In this document: in pieces, positions 48,090-64,000 of the stretch | How positions within the stretch are numbered: the first letter of the stretch is position 1 | Layout of the letters: each line of letters starts with the position of its first letter | Assembly: GCF_009914755.1 (NCBI RefSeq) | Contig: NC_060926.1 | Direction: 5' to 3' (one strand) | DNA from: the human T2T-CHM13v2.0 reference genome, Homo sapiens | DNA length: 64,000 nt | The notes under the pieces: generated by a model | Database searches by the model: none | The model's input: the letters and a program-made list of their open reading frames with translations, nothing else | Told to the model about the DNA's origin: nothing | Position numbers and translations under genes: made by a program

Positions 48090-49200
48090 AGATCAGCTTC
48101 CCCCGCCGGGCCCGACAGGACCTGTGGTCTCCCCGAGAGAGGGAACAAGGAGCAGAGGGAGAGTAAGGCTTCCGGCCCGCTGCTTTTGGGCCGGGCCAGG
48201 AGCAGTGTCCACCCGACACAGCTGGTCCCACAGGCCGATCCTCGGGCCCCTAGGGACCAGGGAAGGGGGCGGAGATCTGCCCAGTCGGCCCCGTCTGGCT
48301 CCAGAGCCCCCGGTGGGGCACAGGCTTCCGCCCCGGGAGACAGGCCGTGCTCCTAGCCGGTTAAGCGTCCCGAGACGGCCTGGGGGCCCAGCCCGCGCCC
48401 CCAGACTACTCCTGCCTCTCATCTTGAGCCCAAGCCTCCAGCCCACAGGAGAGGCGCCGGGATCCCGCCCGCTGCGGAGAGTGCGCTAGTTCACTCACCC
48501 TTACGGTCTCCGAAGCAGACGCGAAGCCCTCCAACGTGAGCCTCACCAGCCCCCGTCCCCAAAACGCTCTTCCTCGGCTTCGCCCCGCCCCCCCCCCCCC
48601 CGACCTGCCCTGCGCACGCGCGCTCCCTGCCGCCCGCCCATTGGCGCCGCCGGGCCCCTCCCGCTGGCGGCGGCGGGCTGTGAGGACGGCTCGCGTGAGT
48701 CCACGTGTAATCGGCCCGGGCCCAGCACTGGCGGGACTGACGCAGTTCTTCTACCTGCTTTCCCAAGGGCGACACTCGGCTCCACTCCAGTTGGGCCGCT
48801 GGACGCCCTAGGGGCCCGGCAGTTGCTAGGCAACGCCGGAAGCCCTCAGGAACGTAGTTCCACGGGCGACGTAGGATGGCGGATCCGGATGGGGCGGACC
48901 CCAAAGCTGGCTCCCAACTCCGCTCACCCCCTCCTATACAGGGCTCTTGGTTCAGGTCTCTTGGTTCGTCCTGCTGCAAGTTGGGAAGAAAGATAATAGG
49001 AATGCTAATTCCTTCTTGATGAAACGACCACAACACGCTGGAGCCGGCCTTGGACCCTACGTTTCAAGATTGGCCTGCTTCCAGCGTCTGCCAGCTCCAC
49101 TGCACAAGCTGCGGCAGCCGCTGTCCCCGTTCGCTTCCACGGGAGTCCCAGCAAGACTATGCGACCCAGTTCAAATACCATCTTCCATGTACCGTTCGTG
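48090..49200. promoter_or_regulatory. CpG-island promoter of MCFD2, probably bidirectional (upstream TTC7A start)
   Basis: High GC and CpG density. GC box 48583-48590, C14 tract 48588-48601, NRF1 consensus TGCGCACGCGCG 48611-48622, CCAAT (minus) 48640-48644, E-box CACGTG 48702-48707, RFX X-box GTTGCTAGGCAAC 48822-48834. Confidence 0.9.
48499..48590 (-). other. MCFD2: MCFD2 non-coding exon 1 (5'UTR); 5' boundary/TSS approximate
   Basis: Strong donor AAGG|gtgagt at 48499/48498 inside the CpG island, just downstream of GC-box, NRF1 and CCAAT motifs. Other possible donors lie near 48504 (CC|gtaagg) and 48546 (CTG|gtgagg). Confidence 0.8.
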
Positions 49201-49378
49201 AAATCAGCAGCTTTTGACATTCAAGAGAGGACAGATTACTTAAAAACAGACTCATGAACAAATAGGGAAACGAATACATCATCCCTGTATCGAATTCATC
49301 CCTGTATAATCCTGCCCTTACACCTGTGCTCCTATACAAGATTAACATTCAGTAAGTATCCATTGACCTGATGGATAA

Positions 49379-49705
<327 letters not shown>

Positions 49706-49936
49706 AGGACGGTCGTTTTTTTTAAAGCCCTTCTCCCATTTCTGTCCATAAAGGTACATAATCGTTTTTCAAATGAGCCTGGGTCCGGACAGGAAAGACA
49801 AAGAAAGTGGCTAAGTAGTTAGATGCCTTGAAAGTTGCCTAACGCCACTGCCATTGACGGTCTCATTCCTTTTCCCACCTTCATCTGAGATTGAAATCTG
49901 CCACCCCATCCCAGAGAAAAATCCCATAATCCCTAA

Positions 49937-50069
49937 TTTTTTTTTCTTTTTTTAAAGAAAAGAGTCTCCATGGTGCCCAGCTCGTCTCGAACTCCTGGGT
50001 TCAAGCAATCCTCCCACCACCTCCGCCTCCCAAAGTGCTGGGATTACAGGGGTGAGCCACCGCGCCGGG
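49937..50069 (-). mobile_element. Alu left monomer (FLAM-like), candidate exonised
   Basis: Antisense single arm; flanks AATCCCTAA. Confidence 0.85.
49970..50051 (+). CDS. TTC7A: Candidate Alu-derived alternative first coding exon of TTC7A (exon ~49958-50051): [27 protein letters not shown] + 1 nt
   Basis: The antisense Alu monomer supplies a polypyrimidine tract and AG (49956-49957 or 49961-49962), an ATG at 49970 and donor G|gtgagc at 50051/50052 (phase 1). TTC7A is known to lie head-to-head with MCFD2. Downstream exons are outside the window, so the assignment is inference. Confidence 0.55.
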
Positions 50070-50399
50070 ACAAAGAATCCCTAAGTTTTGAGGAAACCCT
50101 ATTAATTCAAGACCCATTCTTCTTTCCTTACTCTGAACTTTGGATTAGTTTGATCTAGTTCCTCCTTCTACCCTGCATCTGCCATTCATCCATCTCTTCA
50201 TCCATTCATCCACCCCTCCCTTTGTTCATTTATTCATTCAATAACATTTCTTGAATATCTTCTATGTACTAGGCGCTCTACTAGGAGCTACTAGAGATAC
50301 AAATAAGACAAATGAAGTGTCAAGAAGCTGGTGTCTGGTAGATGGATAAAGTGTCCTCATTCTAGCCAGTGCTTTCATTTTTTTCCTATGGATGTTATC

Positions 50400-51230
50400 C
50401 TGTGTTATGTCTCTCTTGAATCTACAGTCACTCCCTCTCTACCAGATAATTCCCATCAACATATAAACTTGCTGTATTTTCTCCCCCACCATACCACTGA
50501 AACTGCAATCTCCATGCAAATCTAGTGGTCTCTTTGATCTCTTGTTTTTATTTTACTTGCCCTCTCAACACTGTTTTATCAAAGCCAACCACTCTCACTT
50601 AGAAACACTTTCTTCTCTTGTTTTCTGACACCACACACTCTGGGTCCTTCTGCTACCTCACTCATTATCCTTTCTTGGGCTTCTTAATTGGCTTCTCAAT
50701 CTATAATTATCAAAGTGTCCAGGGTTCTGTTCTGAGTCACCTTCTCTATCCACCCTCCCTATGTGAGTTTACCTAGTCCTGTGCTTTAGATACCATTTAT
50801 AAATAGATGACTCCAAAATATGTCTCTCTGACAATGACCTCTCTGTGTAATTCCTGGCTCCTGTAAATAACTGCCTACTTGATGTCTCCATATGAATGTC
50901 AGACTGGCATCTCAAACTTAATGTGTCCCCCCAAAATCTTGATTTTCACCCCCAAACCTGCACCTCTCTCAGTCTTGTGCATTTTAGTAAATGTCACTGG
51001 TACTCATTCTGTTGTTCAAGCTAAAATTCTACGAGCTGTTTTTGATTTATCTCATCCCTTTACCTTTAAATCCTTCAGCAAAGCCTGTTGATGCTATCAA
51101 AATGTATCCTGAGTCTTTGACTTCTTTCCACCTCCACTAAACCATCTAGTCCAGTAGTAGATGATGCTGCTGGACTACTTGAGAGAGAGCTTCCTAACTG
51201 ACCGTCCTGCTTCCATTCTTGCCCTACTGT
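50400..51230. mobile_element. L2 relic
   Basis: L2 motifs such as GATGACTCCAAAAT, ACTGCCTACTTGA and CATCTCAAACTTAA. Confidence 0.65.
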
Positions 51231-51809
51231 AGTCCATAAGTGAGAAGCCACCTTTGATTAAGCCATTTTATAGGTGGGTGTTCTGTAACTTGTAGCTGAA
51301 CCCATTCCTAACAGGCAAATAATTTGGTACCAGAAGCAGGATGCTAAAAACAAGACACTAAAATATGGAATTGGCTAACTGGAGGTTAAGGTAGCCAGTG
51401 TTAAAAGACTGTATGTCAAACTGGAAAGTTGGTGACCCTTATAAGCCGTAGTGAAACTGTCACTTGCTGGACCTTGGATATAGGCCACATGCCAACCAAT
51501 GCTATATTTTTGGAGAAATCTCACGAGCAATATGGAACATTAGTGAGTGTTGCCTTTTTTAGTAGCTTTCAGCAGACTCCTTCAAGAGAAGGGCAACTCT
51601 ACGTTGGAAATAACTGATTTGAAAGCAGAGATTAAAGAAAGTAACGACTAGGTAAGAGAGGATCTCTTTACCTGCAACCAGGAGTCTCATAACTTGGAAC
51701 CTTGCTGAAATACCCCATTTACTTTGTGTACTCAGGTTGAAACTAGTACAAGTAGAGACAGAGAGGTGGCTTTATCAGGAGATAGGACGGCCATCCCAAG
51801 ATACCAGAA

Positions 51810-51827
51810 TGGCCTCTAGGTGGCATC
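51810..51827 (+). promoter_or_regulatory. Candidate CTCF site
   Basis: TGGCCTCTAGGTGGCATC matches the core CCNCNAGRKGGCR. Confidence 0.45.
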
Positions 51828-52026
51828 TCTTTCCTCAGCTGTTTTGAATTGTCTCAAGACAATGTTTTACCTATGTAGGGGATTCCAGAGTGGATGAGAA
51901 TAGGGGTGAAAATAAGATTTCAATTTACACCTTTTAGTATTGCTTTGATGTTGTAAACTACATATTACTTATTTGGAAAAATAAATAGAAAAATATTGAA
52001 TAAAAACAATTTAAAGACTCTAGATA

Positions 52027-53405
<1,379 letters not shown>

Positions 53406-53689
53406 TAGTCTTAGGCTTTTTTGAAAAAAAAAAAAAATAGATAAATTTATCAAAAATTTTGATCACCCTGACATCCCATATCTCTTGAAATTTTTCCTGA
53501 ACTTGCCTATCTACTTGAACACTTCCTTCAAAGGCATTTTCATGATGAATTTTATGTGGCAAACTTCTGAGGTCTCCCCTGCCTGAGGATATTTGTATTA
53601 CTCTCACATTAAAATGAAAATGTGGCTGTCTACAAAACTTCAGAGTTATTTTCCTTCGGTACTTAAAGAAATAAATATATGATCATAAG

Positions 53690-54200
53690 AAAAACTATAT
53701 GATAATTTTAAAAAGGCATCTGACAAAATTTAATCCCTATTCATGATAAAAAAAAAAAAAACTTTCAGCAAACTGAGAATAGAGGGATACTTTCTCAGCC
53801 TGACAGGGCATCTGTTAAAAACCCACAGTTAATATTCTTAGAGTGAAAGACTGAATGCTTTTCCCTTAATATCAGGAACAAAGCAAGGATGTCCACCTTC
53901 AACACTATTGAAAGTGCTTTAGTATATTCATTATACTAGAGCTTTAAGCCGTTAGAGAACAAGATATAAAAGGCATGCAGACTGGGAAGAAAAAGTAAAA
54001 GTATCTTTATTCACAGATAATATGATCATGCACATAGAAAATCCTAAATAACGTAGAAAAAAGCTACTAGAGCTATTGATTTAGCACTGTCACAGGATAC
54101 ATTATACAATTAATGGTATGTCTATATATGAGCAATAAGCAAGTAGAAATGGAAATGCTTAAAATACCATTATAATAGCATCCCAGAACATGAAATACTC
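53690..54200 (+). mobile_element. L1 ORF2 relic
   Basis: GCATCTGACAAAAT...TTCATGATAAAA, ATCAGGAACAAAGCAAGGATGTCC and TTCACAGATAATATGATC motifs. Confidence 0.75.
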
Positions 54201-54419
54201 AGGGGCAAGTCTAATTCAGTTATTGAAAGCATACTTTGTCTTAATAGTCTAGTCATTCTGTTCTCTGAAGTTCTTGTGCTCTAGTCCTGCAATAGTGTCT
54301 ACTCTTTTGTCTCTTGTCAAAGCATAACTCAAAGACAATAGTTATCTTCATGCAAATGATATGCTCACTTTAAAGAAAATAGTCATTAAACTCTATCAAC
54401 AAAAAAAGGATCTGTAAGA

Positions 54420-54752
54420 CAGAAATCCCCAACTTTTTGGCACCAGGGACCAGTTTCATGGAAGACAATTTTTCCATGGAAGTGGTTGGGGGAGGGACAA
54501 TGGTTTCAAAATGAAACTGTTCTACCTCAGATCATCAGGCATTAGTTAGATTCTCATAAGGAGTGTGCAACCTAGATCCCTTACATGCGCAGTTCACAGT
54601 AGGGTTCGCGTTCCTGTGAGAATCTCATGCCGCCACCGCTGATCTGACACTGACAGGAGGCATAGCTCAGGTTGGTAATGCTCACTCGCCCACCCAGTGC
54701 TCACTTCCTGCTGTGCAGCTGACCCACACTAGTTGGGGGGTGAGGGCCCCTG
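54420..54752. mobile_element. MER1-like hAT-Charlie relic
   Basis: TCCCCAACTTTTTGGCACCAGGGACCAGTTTCATGGAAGACAATTTTTCC. Confidence 0.8.
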
Positions 54753-55421
54753 TAAGAAATAAGGGAGATAACAATAAAAAACTAAAGACATACTGGGAAC
54801 GATAAGTTTTTGGATTTTTTTGGTTTTATATTTGAGTGGAGGAAAGCTGATTAGCTGGCATCCAGCAAAGAGTCTAGTCTGTGAAGCGTGCCCTTGAGCA
54901 GGCTGGCTAGGGTCATCAAACAACAACTTTAGTTACTTATAGATTCTGATGACCTGGAGATTTTAACCGTGGAGTATTTGTGCCAGGCTGATACTATAAT
55001 GTTGCATTAGGCCTATACCATTTCCTCCTCAGAATTTCTCAGCACTTACTCATGGTTGATTATTTCCTTGAGCGTTTTTATAATTTTTGATGACGAGTTC
55101 ATTTTTAGTGGGGCTTTGTCTATGGGAGTCCTATGTGGCCTGGGCTGAGGCTATGTTTCCTCAAAGAGCTTTGATGTTTGCTTCTATCTGCCTGCTATAC
55201 ATTTTTAGTTATTTTTTTAACTTGTGGGTTCCTGGTTTATATAGGTAGTATTAGACTAAACTCCAGACCTGAGTGCGGGCAGAGTGTAATTATAAATGCT
55301 CAGGGAAAATTTTTTTTTCCCCAGTCAAGGGGGCAAGGCCAAGATATACAGCTTTACTGTGTTTCTCTGTGCATCTCTGCAAATTTTGTTTCTGGTTCAT
55401 ATGTACTTCAATCCCTGAAGG

Positions 55422-56268
55422 TGTGAGAGGTAGAAACCACTCAGAGTTTCTCCCATTCTCTCACTCAACAACAAAAAACACGGAAGACATCTCTACCAAA
55501 ATGTGGGGAGGGGCGGGGGGCTCTTCCCACACTGGAGGAAGCACATCAATTCTGCAGCAGACACCAGCTGGGAGGCCTCCAATTCAATTCAATTCTGATG
55601 CCATCTACCTAGAGATAACCTCAGAAACCGCAGGTTGAGGGTTCAGTTTTACAAAACAGCCCTCTCTTTCCCACCAGTCGCAAGTCCAAGGCCCCTAAAA
55701 CATCTGACTGAATAGCTTTTAGATGGATTTCCCAAGACCCCCTCTTTATTACAGTTTATTACAAAGGCTATTTTAAAGTATACGAATAAACAGCCAGATG
55801 AAGAGATACATAGGGTGAGGTCTGGAAGGGTCCTGAGCACAGGTGCTTCTGTCCCCATGGAGTTGGAGTGCACCACCCTCCTGGCCTGTGGATGTCTTCT
55901 CATTCATCTTCCTGTCAGCCTCCATGTGTTCAGCTCTCTGGAAGCTCTCCAAGCCCTGTTATTTTGGATTTTTATGGAGGCTTTATTACATAGGCACAGT
56001 TGACCAAACCATTAGTCATTGGTGATCAACTTAACCTTCAGCCCCTCTCTCCTCCCTGGAGGTTGGAGGTGGGGCTAAGAGTCCCAACCTTCTAATCACA
56101 CCTTGGTCTTTCCAGTAAAGAGCTGTCATTCTGAATTACCTGGGGGCTGCCAGCCATCAGTCAACCATTAGCTTACAAGAAGACATCACTGTGGAGTCTT
56201 TAAGGATTGTAGGAGTTGTATGCTAGAAAACAGGGTCAAAGACCAAATATATATTTCACAATATCACA
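55422..56268. mobile_element. MER21-like LTR
   Basis: TGTGA...TCACA termini; CAATTCAATTCTGA and AAACAGCCAGATGAAGAGATACATAGGG motifs. Confidence 0.7.
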
Positions 56269-56385
56269 GAAGGTATAGGCCTTGGAGAGTCCTAGCCATA
56301 TGTGAAAGTATCAGACCTGTCTCTTTACTCTTTTTAACACAAAATTTCTTCCCTTGTTGCAGTCTCCATTAAAACTCAGAATTGA

Positions 56386-56995
<610 letters not shown>

Positions 56996-57399
56996 CCAAC
57001 TAAAGGAACCAAAAAAAAAAAATCTCAAAGTCCCTGTAAACCAGTAAAACTGTAAACCCCCCAGGGAAGCCTTGGTATCAGCTCATCAACATTCTTCCCT
57101 TCTCTCCACTAAGTTAGCTCCTTCTTAATTTTTTGAATATTGAGAATTTTCCCTACTTTATTGTGAGCTTAGCTCTCCAATTAACTGAAAGCTTGGGTTT
57201 TACATTTATGGAATATAATCATATTTGTGAAGAATTTATATTTTGTATTTGAGTATAATAATATTCTAAAGAAAAATTATAAAATATATTGAGTATGAGT
57301 GTTTTGAATAGAATATGAGAAGAAAACTTGAAGAAAATCTGGAATAAAAATATACCATGTGATATTCATAAGAGTACCTTACTATTCATTGGATATTTT

Positions 57400-58373
<974 letters not shown>

Positions 58374-59429
58374 TTAACCTGACTGTATCAACTGACTCAT
58401 TTGATGTGAAAAGGCAATTCACAAACCAGTTCCTAAGCTGACTTCTCCCCTGCCACCTCCCCCAAAAAAACCCATGTTTATTTTTCATTTTTCCCTAAGC
58501 AACATTAATAATTGATTCTGGCTAGGGAAAGACCATGTTAACCCCCGTTGAAAGGGATTAAAAGTCAATGGAAGATAAAAATAAAGTGGCTTTTGTGGAT
58601 ACAACCCATACTTCCTATGTGTTCAGCATACCAGTTCCACAAGATTCCTTTCTTAAAAACCATTCTGCCTTGAGTTCTTAGATACACTACAACAGTGCCA
58701 CCCAGGTGTCAGCTAAGATCTTATTTTTTGGAGGTCTGGGTATAATGGGATCAGACTTAACCTGGAAAGTTTGGGTTTGTCCGGTAATATCTGCTCATTC
58801 TCAGAGACTTACTCACTTGAGGTGCCCTTAGTCTCTTATTTCTGTGTCTGTTTTGCTTCCCACCCTGCCCCCTCATCAGTGAGGATGCAGAAATCAGCAT
58901 TTCTTAGCATTCCCTCCACAGAAGAATCTCCTCCCACACAGAGCAGTTGTGAGTCGTGAAGACTTTACTGAAGCCTTACCATCTCCTCAGAGTGGAGCAG
59001 TGCTAGATGGTCGGGGAGACATATTTAGTTAATTTTGGTTTAGTTCCACACACTGAGTATATGCCATTGCCCAGGTACTGTGCTAAACAGTGGAGATCGG
59101 AGTAAGTGATGCTCCCTATCCTCAAGATACAGTCTAGATGGGGAGAGAATGTAAAATAATATGGTAAATGGTAAATGCTTGTTAGAGCCCAGGTCGCCAT
59201 GGGAGCACACAGTGGGGGCACTTAAGCCTATGGTGAGGATAGGGAGAGTCAAGGAAGACTTCCCTCTATGATAAAATAGAGGAGTGAATAGATGAGCCTT
59301 CTCATGGACCACAGCCGAATGTCAATTGGTCTGAGTTGAGAAACTCTCAAGCCCAGATTTTTTGAATAAGGTGATTTCAGATTGGTAGAGCCCCCCTAGG
59401 TGCCTAGAAAAAGCAACTGGACGTCCTTT

Positions 59430-63860
<4,431 letters not shown>

Positions 63861-64000
63861 CAATGTGATAGACAGAATAATGGCCCCCAAAGATGTTTAT
63901 GTCCTAATCCTTGAAATCTATGAGTGTTATTTATTTAGGAGTGCAGTGGTGCAATCATGGCTCACTGCAGCTTTCAGCTGTAGCTGGGATTATAGGCATA

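Noticed and set aside
48640-48707. ER-stress element (ERSE/ERSE-II/UPRE) in the MCFD2 promoter
   Set aside because: ATTGG (48640) and CCACG (48701) are both present, but orientation and spacing fit neither CCAAT-N9-CCACG nor ATTGG-N-CCACG.
47944-49036. Pro/Arg/Gly-rich ORFs across the CpG island
   Set aside because: Expected from GC-rich, stop-poor sequence; no recognisable protein.

Overview
Human/primate genomic DNA, Alu-dense and with no prokaryotic features. The only well-supported protein-coding gene is MCFD2 on the minus strand. It has a non-coding exon 1 in a CpG island (donor at 48499/48498) and three coding exons (41799-41947, 40586-40745, 38239-38370; 149+160+132 = 441 nt, 146 aa: signal peptide plus two EF-hands). 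Its ~3.6 kb 3'UTR ends after an AATAAA at 34665-34670 and contains a complete antisense THE1A retroelement (35779-37996, GATGC target-site duplication). The CpG island looks bidirectional: a plus-strand donor at 49352 and an exonised antisense Alu monomer (49958-50051, own ATG, phase-1 donor) fit an upstream alternative start of the neighbouring TTC7A gene, whose body lies outside the window. The first ~32 kb is intergenic: Alus, L1/L2/MIR, MaLR and DNA-transposon relics, a 9 x 65-bp minisatellite at an LTR/L1 junction, and long CA- and GGAT-rich simple repeats. Almost all ORFs in the track are repeat-derived or chance. I found no convincing new biological system. The best leads concern transposon-derived regulation of MCFD2/TTC7A: poly(A) signals inside THE1A, the Alu exon, a cryptic in-frame 5' cassette exon and a YY1-marked antisense promoter. 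Repeat subfamily names and the TTC7A assignment come from recall and were not verified by search.
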